Below are positions 17,877 through 27,884 of a stretch of 64,000 nucleotides of DNA, in pieces. The stretch lies in assembly GCA_964521295.1 (NCBI GenBank), contig CAZFRF010000001.1:334146-398145 (forward strand), given 5' to 3'. The notes beneath the pieces are model-generated. The model did no database searches. It was given only the letters and a program-made list of their open reading frames with translations, and had not been told where the DNA came from. How positions within the stretch are numbered: the stretch's first letter is position 1; every line of letters begins with the position of its first letter. The position numbers were made by a program, and so were the translations under genes. This DNA comes from an uncultured Gammaproteobacteria bacterium. Lineage in GTDB: Bacteria > Patescibacteriota > Microgenomatia > Levybacterales > UBA12049.

Positions 17877-19064
17877 CTAAACTAATGCAGAAATATAAAT
17901 CTTATTCAACTCTTCAGAAATCTTTGACCAGTCATAATTTTCTTCTACTAACTTTCTACTGTTAATTGTTAATTTTCTATACAAACTAGAATCATTTGCA
18001 AGCTCAACCAAATTATCTGCTAACTCGCTAGCCGATTCACCTGCTAATACATGAGTTTCGTTCTTTGCACCCAAACCTTCTATACCTAAATTAGTAGTAA
18101 CCACTCCTACACCAGTCGACATTGCTTCCAAAATCTTATAACTAGTTCCCCCAGCTGCTCTTAATGGAGCAAGTAGAATAAATGATTTTCTAAAAATATC
18201 ATAAGTTGATTCTTTATTGTTCGTATCAAAAATTATTTCAGGAGAGGAGTAATTTTTAAAATATTCTGGAATATTCCTACCTACTATCCAAAGCTTCAAA
18301 TCAAAATCTTTATTTAACTGTTTATATTTATTTTTTACCTGTGGCCAAATATCTTTAAGGATAAATTCTAAGGCATCTTTATTCTGTAACCACTTAAAGT
18401 CTCCAATAAATAAAACTTTTCTTTCTTGTGCTTGATCTAGAGGTCTGAATTTAAAATTATCTGTATCAACTCCATTAGAGACCACACTAATATTATTTAT
18501 TCCCATTAATTTTTTTTCTATTTCTGAGACAGCAACCAATTTATTAACTTTTTTCCAAATTTGCTCTTCAAATTTTTTAAGTTTTTTAACATCTAAAAGC
18601 AAAAATGGCCTGAGTAAAGGATTTGCAAGACTTGCATATCTTTTATATACCAAATATTCCACGTTATGTTCTACTAATACGATAGGGATATTCACCTTTG
18701 GCAAATTTTGATAAACATAAAATGTTTCTACGTGAATCAAATCGAAGTTTTCCTTAACCAATTCATCTTTTATTAAACTCTTCATTTCTTCACTTGTATG
18801 TCCCACAATTAAAAATGGCTGCTTTGAAAAACCAGTTTTTAATATATTTCCAATACTCCACTGCTTTCTTCTTTTAACTGTAATTACTTTTTTACAAATC
18901 TTTTCTAATTCCTTAATATCTTCATGGGTTTGATTTTCACGCTTCTCACAAATTAAAGTAATTTCATTTTGTCTGGATAAATATTTAATTAAATTATATA
19001 AACGAACGTGCCCCCCAGAATGCAGGGGAAAAGGTAGAAATGAAGAAATCATTAAGATTTTCAT
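17877..19064 (-). CDS. GT4 glycosyltransferase
   Basis: PFPLHSGG.VR, EHNVE, NGVD, APLRAAGGTSYKILEAM. Confidence 0.88.
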   Translation of the reverse strand: MKILMISSFLPFPLHSGGHVRLYNLIKYLSRQNEITLICEKRENQTHEDIKELEKICKKVITVKRRKQWSIGNILKTGFSKQPFLIVGHTSEEMKSLIKDELVKENFDLIHVETFYVYQNLPKVNIPIVLVEHNVEYLVYKRYASLANPLLRPFLLLDVKKLKKFEEQIWKKVNKLVAVSEIEKKLMGINNISVVSNGVDTDNFKFRPLDQAQERKVLFIGDFKWLQNKDALEFILKDIWPQVKNKYKQLNKDFDLKLWIVGRNIPEYFKNYSSPEIIFDTNNKESTYDIFRKSFILLAPLRAAGGTSYKILEAMSTGVGVVTTNLGIEGLGAKNETHVLAGESASELADNLVELANDSSLYRKLTINSRKLVEENYDWSKISEELNKIYISALV

Positions 19065-20497
19065 GGTTTTTGCAATAAATCAAATATAACATATTCTTTG
19101 TTTGCTTCTATAATCTTATATGTTTTACCAATCTCCAAATCCTTTGCCGTAGGGTTAATTAAAATTAAATAAGTTGCTCCCATTTGCATTAGCTCAGGAA
19201 CAGATTTTTCAAAACTAGCCCAGCCTTTTCTTTTAGTTTGATACAAAAATGATGTATCACCATTATAATTTGCAATTACTTTTGCATTCTTTGGCGTTAA
19301 TCTATCAACAGCCTGACCAGCATGAACAATAGAAATCTCATTAATATTAAAATAATCTTTAACGTACTGACCACTTACTAAAAATGAAGCTGAAGTTAAA
19401 ATTATTAATACCACTAACAATAAATATTTATTTACTATCTTAAAACTCAACCAATTACTCGCACCTAAGCCGAGAAAGATTGCAATACTTGGAATAATTA
19501 AAATTTGATAATAATCATGCGTAACATTACCTGTTGCAAGAGTAACCATATATACTCCACTTGAAAATAGAAAGGATATGGCAAAGAATAAATTTTTATC
19601 AATATTTTTAACAAAACTTAAAATAAAAATGGGCAAACCAAAAAATCCAAGTATTAACTTAAAAAATCTTTCATATACAATCCAATAAAAAAATGACGGT
19701 CTAAATCTAATATGGTTTCCATTAAATAACCAATTACTTTGAGGAATTCCTTCAGGATATTGCAACATCCAGTACCTCCACATAAACAAGGGAATAACAG
19801 ACAAGATCACAAAACTCCAAACTGCCTTATTAGAGAGTATTTTTTTATCAAATTTCTCATATGCTAAATATAAAATTGGCAATATAAAAAATATTGCATA
19901 CGGCTTAAGTAGTAATGCGCTAATTGAAAATATTATTGAAATAATTAGATTTTTTTCTAATAATTTAGTTTTCTTTTGCAAAATCCAATTCTGGAAAAAA
20001 TAAATACTTCCAAGACTTGCAGTTACCATTAAGGGGTCTGGCAATATTGTGCGCGAATAATAAATATTAAAAGGGATAAATAGAAAAAAAAGTGCAGACC
20101 AAAACCCTGCAATAAAATTAAACCTTTTTGAAATAATTTTGTAGATAAAAAATGCTGAGAAAAGAGAACCAATAATACTAACCAGCCTTCCCCATTCCTC
20201 TAATGTAAATACCCCTAAATATTTAAAACCTACTGCTTGTAAGACATTGTAGATTGGAAATTCAACGAATCTATAGCCATTTGGATTATCATACTTATTT
20301 GTAGGAACATTCGAGATATCATCGAAACGTGGATGAAGTAAATCAAAACCATTATCAACGAAATTTCGTGAAACCGAAGAGGTATCTGCCTGTCTCCAGG
20401 AGTGCCAATCAGCAATTGAACTATCAAATCTATAGAGCCTGACAATAAATCCTAAAGTAAAGAGTGCTACTAAAAGAAATGTTTTAAGCTTATTCAT
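19061..20497 (-). CDS. GT-C (ArnT/PMT GT39/83-like) membrane glycosyltransferase
   Basis: Multi-TM; DWHSWRQADT after TM1, EFPIY, GRL, YYSRTILPDP, HDYYQ. Confidence 0.8.
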   Translation of the reverse strand: MNKLKTFLLVALFTLGFIVRLYRFDSSIADWHSWRQADTSSVSRNFVDNGFDLLHPRFDDISNVPTNKYDNPNGYRFVEFPIYNVLQAVGFKYLGVFTLEEWGRLVSIIGSLFSAFFIYKIISKRFNFIAGFWSALFFLFIPFNIYYSRTILPDPLMVTASLGSIYFFQNWILQKKTKLLEKNLIISIIFSISALLLKPYAIFFILPILYLAYEKFDKKILSNKAVWSFVILSVIPLFMWRYWMLQYPEGIPQSNWLFNGNHIRFRPSFFYWIVYERFFKLILGFFGLPIFILSFVKNIDKNLFFAISFLFSSGVYMVTLATGNVTHDYYQILIIPSIAIFLGLGASNWLSFKIVNKYLLLVVLIILTSASFLVSGQYVKDYFNINEISIVHAGQAVDRLTPKNAKVIANYNGDTSFLYQTKRKGWASFEKSVPELMQMGATYLILINPTAKDLEIGKTYKIIEANKEYVIFDLLQKP

Positions 20498-20531
20498 TAA
20501 CTTTATTATAATCCTTTTACTTTAAAAGGGG

Positions 20532-23500
20532 TTAATTACCTAAGGTCTTATCAATTTGCCTTACGCTTCCATCATCATTAAACTGTAAAACAATTTTATT
20601 GAAATCAAGACCAGCATTATGTACTGCATCGGCAGCAGTTGGATAAGTATAAATTCTTGCTTGAGGATTTTTGAATGCAAACCACGTCGCATCTTCAAGA
20701 CCCACTGGGAAAACCCAAGCATCACCAGATTTAATAGGAACATTTACAAAATGGAATTCAACTTTATCCTGTGACCAAAAATTGGTATATTGAGCGTCAA
20801 GGGAAATAAAGAAATTCTCAACTTTTTGACCAGCACCTGCCCAATCAAAGTATGCTTGCTGAATTTGAATAATTTGGAAAAGAGAATAAATTAATATAAA
20901 AATTGTTACTGTTAATAAAGCAATTTCCTTACCTGTTTTTCGCAATGTATCATAAAACTTCTTAATATAATAAACAAAGATAATAATTACTCCTAATGAA
21001 GCTAAGTAACTATATCTTGACGCAATATTACCTAAGCCTAGATATGTAATAAGTGAGGCAATAAAGAAAAGACTTCCAAAAATCACAATTCTTCTGTCTT
21101 CTCCTCTGAAAAGTTTAATTTTTCTAATATAGATTAAAACGACTGCAGACAATAAAATTAAACCTAAGATGATAGCAACTATTAGATTTGCTCTAAAAAG
21201 ATTTCTTAACACATTGTAAATCGCCACTGTATCTTGACCAACCAAAATAAGCATTAGATATCCAAAAACATTTCCAATAATATTAAATGGTAACTTAACC
21301 AAATCGTAACTGTAATCTCCATTAAACCAATGACTATGTGCAATAAATCTAATTGCTAAATAACCTAAGATTGGAAAGAATAAAGCTAAATACTCTTTCT
21401 TTGTAAAAAAATTCTTTAATGCCTGGGTAAAACCATCCTTAGCTTGATAGCTCAAGATTAAGAATGGCACTATTACTCCCATTTCATGGAACATCAATGA
21501 ACCTATGATAAATAAAAGTGACAAAAGATAATAAATTATTTTTTTGCTTTCAAAATATTTAATAAAAGACAATAATGTTAAAAGAGCAAAGAACGATGAG
21601 ACAACTTGACCAATTGATGCAATCCAAAAGACTGCCTCTGAATAACCTGCAATTATTAAAAACAAAAATGCTGCAACTGCAGACATTAATTTATTTTTAT
21701 AGAGCTTAAGCGACAAAAAGTAAAACAAAACAGCAACTGCAAAATGCATCACAAGTGAAAATGCATGATATACAAATGGATTTAACCAAAATACTGATTC
21801 AAAAATATAAAAATATAACTTTGTACCAGGTCGGTAAAAGAAACCATTAGAGTTAACAAAAAAATTAATTATTCTCCCAATTAATGAACAATCGCCTCCG
21901 CAATCTGATGCCCATCTTAGCCATGTAAAATCATCTCCTATAAAAAAATTAGAAAGCATTGGAGAATACAAAATCAAAGCAAAACCGAGTAGATAAACTG
22001 CTATTGCAACATGTGATGTAGAGATTTTAATGAATTCTTCCTTTAAGCTAATTTCCTTACCTTGATATTGCATAACTAAAGCAAGAGTAATACCAATTAA
22101 CGTCCATAGAACAAATGCGATTTTGGAAGCTTCAAACACATCAATCAAAGTGGCATTTAAAAATAACCCAACAGTACCTGCAATAAAACCAACTACAAAA
22201 CTCTTAACAAGTGGGGAATCGATATTTTTATAAGCATTTTTTACATAGATACCAAAAGAAATAAAAATCCCAAAAAATGCTAAAAAGCCAAACATACCAA
22301 TCTCACCTAGCATTCTTAAGTAATTATTATCAACTGCCAAGCTGACTGATCCATATCCACTTCCTAGGAAAATATTGCGCATAAATGCTGCAAAGGTCCT
22401 TGGCCATTCACCCTGAAATCTGGTTGTAAAAGATAAATCATAAGCAGCAGCTTTTTTAACTATAAAGTCTCCGTGAAGCACCAATACTTGAGCAGAAAAT
22501 GTTGCCTCAATATTTTCAGGTAATTCATAGAAAAAATTACCTAAACGATTTGTAACAGGCGATAAGGTTAAATTAATATAGCCTGTACCCTGAGGTAAAC
22601 TTTCTCCATTGGATACATTTGTTGCTAAAACTAATGGAACACTTTGAGGAATAAATTCATACGCCAAAAGTGCTGATTCAGATGATTTTAAAGTATCTGG
22701 ATCACCTGTTATTGCGCCAACCAACTCCTCTTCATTAGCAACTCTTTTTTGCAAAACTATTTTATCTTTAAAATAATCTTTAGGAACAAATTTAACATGC
22801 CCAACTGAATCTCCAGTTTTAGCATCAACTAAGACATCTACCGTTGCTACGGTTGATTTAAATCTATCTAAAAGCGATGGCTGATAACTTAAAAATGCAA
22901 ACGCAAAAATCACCGTTAGAGGAAGGATAATAAGGACCAACTTTTTTTTATGAAAAAACAATACAATAAAAAGAGAAACAAAAAGAACTAAGAATGAAAC
23001 TCTAGAAACAGTCCAAAATAAAACAACTAACCCAAGCACAGATGTAACTACAGTAATAATTTTAATTAACCAATTTTTAAAACCAAAAAATAAACTAGCA
23101 ACTAGTGGGATTATTAAAACTAAATATGCAGCTAAATCGTAATGACCTGCAAAAGTTGATGAAACTCTAGATAAACCCGAAAGCTGAATTGGAATTCCTT
23201 TTGCAAATTCCTCATTCATCGTTAAGTAAGCTGGAAAACCCAAATATTTTTGACCAAATCCATAAAATATTACACCAAGTAAGGTAAGAATAATTACACC
23301 AATAACTATTGGTAATCTTGGTTTTTCCTTGAAACCTTGGTAGGCGATGAAAAATAAGCTCATATATTCTACATGCCTAACTAAAGATAAGAAGGCTACA
23401 TTTGGAAAAACATTTGCAATTGTAGGAAAAACTAACAGTATCCCATGCATCGTCGACAAACCACCAATTATCCAGAAGATTAAAATCGGCAAGGTAAGAG

Positions 23501-23708
23501 GAGTTTTTAATGTAATTTTTTCCTTAAGCAATAGAATTACCCAGGACAAAAGTACAAACACAACCAAAAAATCTTCTGTTCTTACATAAACCCAGGTATT
23601 TTTAACATCAACTATTGGAATTTTGGGGAAAAGAGGAATGACAATTAAAAGGATGAGTGTTTCAATAAACAAAATATTATCGTAAATAAAATTCAAGATT
23701 TTTTTCAT
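20532..23708 (-). CDS. Fusion of an O-antigen ligase/Wzy-like domain (N) and a GT-C membrane domain (C)
   Basis: N-half: RVSSTFAGHYDLAAYL, TVSRVSF, GSGYGS...DNNYLRMLGEIG. C-half: FIGDDFTWL, FYRP, YH, EAVFW, HEMG, SRYSYL. Confidence 0.78.
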   Translation of the reverse strand: MKKILNFIYDNILFIETLILLIVIPLFPKIPIVDVKNTWVYVRTEDFLVVFVLLSWVILLLKEKITLKTPLTLPILIFWIIGGLSTMHGILLVFPTIANVFPNVAFLSLVRHVEYMSLFFIAYQGFKEKPRLPIVIGVIILTLLGVIFYGFGQKYLGFPAYLTMNEEFAKGIPIQLSGLSRVSSTFAGHYDLAAYLVLIIPLVASLFFGFKNWLIKIITVVTSVLGLVVLFWTVSRVSFLVLFVSLFIVLFFHKKKLVLIILPLTVIFAFAFLSYQPSLLDRFKSTVATVDVLVDAKTGDSVGHVKFVPKDYFKDKIVLQKRVANEEELVGAITGDPDTLKSSESALLAYEFIPQSVPLVLATNVSNGESLPQGTGYINLTLSPVTNRLGNFFYELPENIEATFSAQVLVLHGDFIVKKAAAYDLSFTTRFQGEWPRTFAAFMRNIFLGSGYGSVSLAVDNNYLRMLGEIGMFGFLAFFGIFISFGIYVKNAYKNIDSPLVKSFVVGFIAGTVGLFLNATLIDVFEASKIAFVLWTLIGITLALVMQYQGKEISLKEEFIKISTSHVAIAVYLLGFALILYSPMLSNFFIGDDFTWLRWASDCGGDCSLIGRIINFFVNSNGFFYRPGTKLYFYIFESVFWLNPFVYHAFSLVMHFAVAVLFYFLSLKLYKNKLMSAVAAFLFLIIAGYSEAVFWIASIGQVVSSFFALLTLLSFIKYFESKKIIYYLLSLLFIIGSLMFHEMGVIVPFLILSYQAKDGFTQALKNFFTKKEYLALFFPILGYLAIRFIAHSHWFNGDYSYDLVKLPFNIIGNVFGYLMLILVGQDTVAIYNVLRNLFRANLIVAIILGLILLSAVVLIYIRKIKLFRGEDRRIVIFGSLFFIASLITYLGLGNIASRYSYLASLGVIIIFVYYIKKFYDTLRKTGKEIALLTVTIFILIYSLFQIIQIQQAYFDWAGAGQKVENFFISLDAQYTNFWSQDKVEFHFVNVPIKSGDAWVFPVGLEDATWFAFKNPQARIYTYPTAADAVHNAGLDFNKIVLQFNDDGSVRQIDKTLGN

Positions 23709-23711
23709 AAG

Positions 23712-24275
23712 TTATCTAAACCAAGCTGCTCTACCGAGTTTATAGTTAGGATTTTTATTCTGTCTTTCGCCTATTTCTTTTGCAGGAACTCCGCCAACTA
23801 TTTTAAAATCTTCAACATCTTTAGTGACCACAGCACCAGCTCCAACTACTGCTCCTTTACCAATTTTTACACCCGGTAAAATTATTACTCTTGGACCAAT
23901 AAAAACATAGTCACCAATTTCAACAGTTTTAGTTATAACCTGATCTGGGTTTGCAAAATCTTCAGCTGACATATCATGCTGAGAGTTGTAAATCATAACT
24001 TCTGATGCAACATCAACATGATCCCCAATAACAAGTAGGCCCCTACCATCCAAAACTACGTTTTCACCAATAATAGTATCATTTCCAATTTTAATATTTG
24101 GTGGGTAATAAAAAACTGCACCCATATGTATAGTAGATCCACTCCCGATCCTTATTCCCCAAAATCTATAAATAAATCTTCTTATAAAATGAGAAGGAAT
24201 ATAACCAGCTAGTTTTAATTTATAATTAATAAGCTCCCAGAAAATTGTTTTTACTCTTCTAATTATTTTATTCAT
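23712..24275 (-). CDS. Hexapeptide-repeat O-acyltransferase
   Basis: IGDYVFIG, ILPGVKIG, GAGAVVTKDV, GGVPAK. Start moved to ATG 24275 (ATGA overlap). Confidence 0.88.
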   Translation of the reverse strand: MNKIIRRVKTIFWELINYKLKLAGYIPSHFIRRFIYRFWGIRIGSGSTIHMGAVFYYPPNIKIGNDTIIGENVVLDGRGLLVIGDHVDVASEVMIYNSQHDMSAEDFANPDQVITKTVEIGDYVFIGPRVIILPGVKIGKGAVVGAGAVVTKDVEDFKIVGGVPAKEIGERQNKNPNYKLGRAAWFR

Positions 24276-25366
24276 TTTATAGACTCTAAAACGCTGAGTG
24301 TTTCTTTGGCAGTTTTCTCCCAAGAAAACTTCTTTATTTGATTATAGCCTTTTTTTATCATTTCTTCTCTAAGACTAGAGGAATCAATAACTTTTTGCAG
24401 CGTATTAGCAATATCTAAAGGATTATTTGGATCAAAGTATAAAGCAGCGTCTCCTCCCGCCTCGGGCAAAGATGAGACATTACTTGCTACAACTGGGCAA
24501 CCATACTTCATTGCCTCAAGTACTGGCAAACCAAAACCCTCATACAAAGAAGGCAGGGCAAAGCAAAGAGCATTTTTATATAAACTTGGTAAATCCTCAT
24601 CTGCAACAAAATCTAAAAACTTAACCTTCTCCCCTACCCCATACTTAGCTGGTGCTGATAAAATATCTGCGTATTGCCACCCTTTCTTACCCACAATTAT
24701 AAGATTTAGTTTATTATTTTTTAATTTTGAGAATGCCTCAATTAGCTTAACTATATTCTTACGGGGCTGAAGAGTACCTACAAACAAAATGTAATCTGAT
24801 TCTATTCCAAATTTTTTTCTTAAATCTTCCATGCTGTAATTTTTAATAGATTCATTATTTTTAATCCCTAAGTAAGTGGGATGTATTTTTCCTGAATCTA
24901 CTGCGTATTCTTTGATTATATCATTACGAGAAGAATTACTAATAGTAAAAATTGCTGCTGCATTTTTAATTGAGTACTTAGACCAATTTTGTAATTGATA
25001 TAGATCTTTTTTATTAAAAAGCTCTGGAAAATAAATATATGAAAGATCCATTATAGAAATCGCTGTCGGAACTGGTGATAATCTAGGCGCGTAATGCGTG
25101 GGACTAAAAAAAATGTCTGGTTTTTTTCCAAAATATAAGGATAAAGGTAGTCCAAACTGTGTCCACATTTTTCTAGGACCCACCAGCTTATAGGTAAAAT
25201 TCGCAGAAGGAGTCGGCATGTCAGACAAAGGTCTATCTTTTAAATAAATGATAAATTCATGATCAGTTTTTAGCTTAGAAAATTCTAAGATTAACTGATA
25301 GGCATATTCACTTATGCCAACTCTTTTTTGAACATTTGCTTCATTACCATCAATTCCAATAATCAT
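24272..25366 (-). CDS. GT4 glycosyltransferase (MtfB-like)
   Basis: IGIDGNEAN, GTLQPRKN, EGFGLPVLEAM, SLPEAGG. Confidence 0.92.
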   Translation of the reverse strand: MIIGIDGNEANVQKRVGISEYAYQLILEFSKLKTDHEFIIYLKDRPLSDMPTPSANFTYKLVGPRKMWTQFGLPLSLYFGKKPDIFFSPTHYAPRLSPVPTAISIMDLSYIYFPELFNKKDLYQLQNWSKYSIKNAAAIFTISNSSRNDIIKEYAVDSGKIHPTYLGIKNNESIKNYSMEDLRKKFGIESDYILFVGTLQPRKNIVKLIEAFSKLKNNKLNLIIVGKKGWQYADILSAPAKYGVGEKVKFLDFVADEDLPSLYKNALCFALPSLYEGFGLPVLEAMKYGCPVVASNVSSLPEAGGDAALYFDPNNPLDIANTLQKVIDSSSLREEMIKKGYNQIKKFSWEKTAKETLSVLESIK

Positions 25367-25368
25367 AA

Positions 25369-25893
25369 TTAAACTCCAGCATTAATAACCACTAACTTAC
25401 TTGCATCTATTCCTAAGATTTCAATTGCATCTTTTTTTGTTGATTCAGAAATACATAAAATTCGCTCTGTTTCTTTCTTAACCCAAGCTATTTTTTTCTT
25501 TTGCACCTCGACAATTGAATTTGCTGTTTCATTAGGATATTTATAAACAATTAAATCATAAAGGATAGTAACTTTCGAAGCATTTTTGACTGGTGGCTCC
25601 GTCCAATCAGAAGATATAAAAACATCAACACTACCAATCAAGCTTTCAATTGGCAAAATATGCAAATTGTTCCAGATGATATTTAAGAATGCTTGCGGAA
25701 ACTTAAACTTTTTAATAGTTACGTTTTCATTTTTTATATTTAATTCTGGCATAACTCCTCTTAATGAGGAAAAAAACAAGACATATTGATTCTTAGTATC
25801 AACCTCTAAAAGATTTTCTAATAAATTCTTTAAATAATTAGCTACACCAGTTTTTTCATAAGCAAGTTGTGAGATATCTATTCCAATCTTCAT
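25369..25893 (-). CDS. Stand-alone GT4 N-terminal (acceptor-binding) domain
   Basis: IGIDIS, TGVANY, ILYDL, ISESTKKD; ends at the domain boundary and lacks the EGFG donor domain. Confidence 0.75.
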   Translation of the reverse strand: MKIGIDISQLAYEKTGVANYLKNLLENLLEVDTKNQYVLFFSSLRGVMPELNIKNENVTIKKFKFPQAFLNIIWNNLHILPIESLIGSVDVFISSDWTEPPVKNASKVTILYDLIVYKYPNETANSIVEVQKKKIAWVKKETERILCISESTKKDAIEILGIDASKLVVINAGV

Positions 25894-26108
25894 ATTATCC
25901 TTTCTTTAATAATCATAATTAAAATTGAGAGAATAAGAAAGAAAAAACCGTAATAGACAAGATGCTGAGCGGTAAAGAAGAGTTGTAAAAAAAATAAAGG
26001 AATAGAAAGAGCTAAAGATCCTAGACCAAAATAAGTACTAAGTTTTGAATCTTTTTTGTAAATTAAAAAAACAAATACTAATAAAAACAAAATGTCTTGA
26101 ATTTTCAC
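25890..26108 (-). CDS. Small hydrophobic membrane protein (72 aa)
   Basis: About 3 TM segments; overlaps both neighbours by 4 nt. Confidence 0.7.
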   Translation of the reverse strand: MKIQDILFLLVFVFLIYKKDSKLSTYFGLGSLALSIPLFFLQLFFTAQHLVYYGFFFLILSILIMIIKERII

Positions 26109-27040
26109 TCTGATTTATATTTTATTATGTCATCTAAGGTTTTAGAAGTCTTTCCTTTTTCAGATAGATTAATAATTAAATCTGCGGTAAAACCTGCAAA
26201 AAGAATCTGAAGACCAGCCAAAACTAAAAGCATTCCGAATGTTAAAAGTGGCCTGGTTCCAATTGATTGTCCTAAGAAATGGACTATTGTTAAGTACAAT
26301 AGAATAAAAAATCCTATTACCCCAACTATTCCACCAACTAATCCAAAAAAATGAAGGGGTCTTTTTGCATACTTTGTTAAGAAAAGTATTGTAAACATGT
26401 CGGGAATATCTTTAAAGACTTTAGAAAACCCATATTTTGACTTACCAAACTTTCTTGGCTCATGAATTACTGGTATTTCTGTTACCTCAAATCCTTTTTC
26501 AGAAACTAAAAGAGGAATAAATCTATGCATCCCACCATATAAAACAACACTCTTAGCTGCATCTTTTGTGTAAAGTTTTAATCCACAATTATAATCATGG
26601 AGATGAACGCCCCAAAAAGCTGACATTAAGAAATTAAAAAGCTTTGAAGGAAGCTTCATGTAAAATGCATCTTTTCTGTTTTTTCTCCAGCCTGAAACCA
26701 AATCAAAGCCTTCTTTGGATCTTTTAAGTAAATTTTCAATCTCTTCTGGCATATCCTGCAAATCCGCATCAAGGGTAACAATGTGCTCTCCACTTGCAAC
26801 ATTAAATCCGTAAGTTAAAGCTTCAGATTTTCCCTGATTTCTTCTAAATGAAAATACTTTAACAGACTTATCTTTTGTTAATAATTTTTTAAGAATATCT
26901 AAAGAAGAATCCGTTGACCCATCATCAATAAAGATGATTTCGTGATTTGAGTCAATTTTTATGAGTGCATTTTTAAGCCTGGGATAAAATTTATCTAAAC
27001 TTTCCTCTTCGTTAAAAACAGGAATAACTGCCGATATCAT
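26105..27040 (-). CDS. GT2 polyprenyl-phosphate glycosyltransferase (ArnC/GtrB-like)
   Basis: DDGSTD, RNQGKS, DADLQD, DYNCGLK, GMHRFIP, two C-terminal TMs. Confidence 0.9.
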   Translation of the reverse strand: MISAVIPVFNEEESLDKFYPRLKNALIKIDSNHEIIFIDDGSTDSSLDILKKLLTKDKSVKVFSFRRNQGKSEALTYGFNVASGEHIVTLDADLQDMPEEIENLLKRSKEGFDLVSGWRKNRKDAFYMKLPSKLFNFLMSAFWGVHLHDYNCGLKLYTKDAAKSVVLYGGMHRFIPLLVSEKGFEVTEIPVIHEPRKFGKSKYGFSKVFKDIPDMFTILFLTKYAKRPLHFFGLVGGIVGVIGFFILLYLTIVHFLGQSIGTRPLLTFGMLLVLAGLQILFAGFTADLIINLSEKGKTSKTLDDIIKYKSE

Positions 27041-27052
27041 AAATATATTCTA

Positions 27053-27883
27053 TCATTTTTTAAACCTGTAACCAAATATAATAAAAGCAATAGTAATAAT
27101 AAGAGTAATTATGCTTATTATTAACCCTATTGAAACATACTGCTGAGGCAAATAATATACTTTTAATTTATATGATCCTTTACTATCCAACCTAAAACTA
27201 TTAAAAATACCATATTTTTCGGATTTGACTTGTTTACCATCTAAGATTGCTACCCAACCTGAATTATAATTTTCTGTAAATATTAATAAATCTTTTGCCT
27301 CTACCCCACTTAGATCTAAGTTATATTCAACCGGACTTATGTACTTATATTTAATATTTAGCTTTGATGAATTACTCCAAAAATGATCCCTAAAACCCTC
27401 TATTTTAAAAACTGCAATTCTATCAAAACCCTTAACTTCTTTCATCCAAGGAATTTTTCTAATATTTACAATTGTATTTAAATACAATTTATTATTATAT
27501 TTTCTATCTTTAATAAATATTTCCCCATGTGAATCATATGGAATAATAATATGCTCTATTCCAAGGTCAAAAAATAAATTCTTTGTGTTTTCATCCTTTA
27601 GCTTTGCTAATAACTTAGGTAAATCCGATGTTTGAAAAAAATCTTGCGCTGAAATGGCAGGATGCTGATTACTATAAAAACCAAATCTTTGTAATTTTGG
27701 AAACCAGATTGTTCTTGAAAAATAATCTTTCTTATCTAAGTATTTTTCAAGACTTATGTATTCGGTTGGCATTTCAATCTTTTTAAAAGTACCATTTATT
27801 TCTCCTAAAATTGCAGGCTTAATTAAAAACAGAAGAAAAGCTATTGTTAAAAGTAAAAATATGAATGGAATAATCTTTTTCAT
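27053..27883 (-). CDS. C-terminal half of a split AftD/YfhO-like membrane protein
   Basis: TM, extracytoplasmic region, ISPVEY, ENYNSGW, NSF and C-terminal TM; resembles the C-part of 34749..38123. Confidence 0.65.
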   Translation of the reverse strand: MKKIIPFIFLLLTIAFLLFLIKPAILGEINGTFKKIEMPTEYISLEKYLDKKDYFSRTIWFPKLQRFGFYSNQHPAISAQDFFQTSDLPKLLAKLKDENTKNLFFDLGIEHIIIPYDSHGEIFIKDRKYNNKLYLNTIVNIRKIPWMKEVKGFDRIAVFKIEGFRDHFWSNSSKLNIKYKYISPVEYNLDLSGVEAKDLLIFTENYNSGWVAILDGKQVKSEKYGIFNSFRLDSKGSYKLKVYYLPQQYVSIGLIISIITLIITIAFIIFGYRFKK

Positions 27884-27884
27884 A

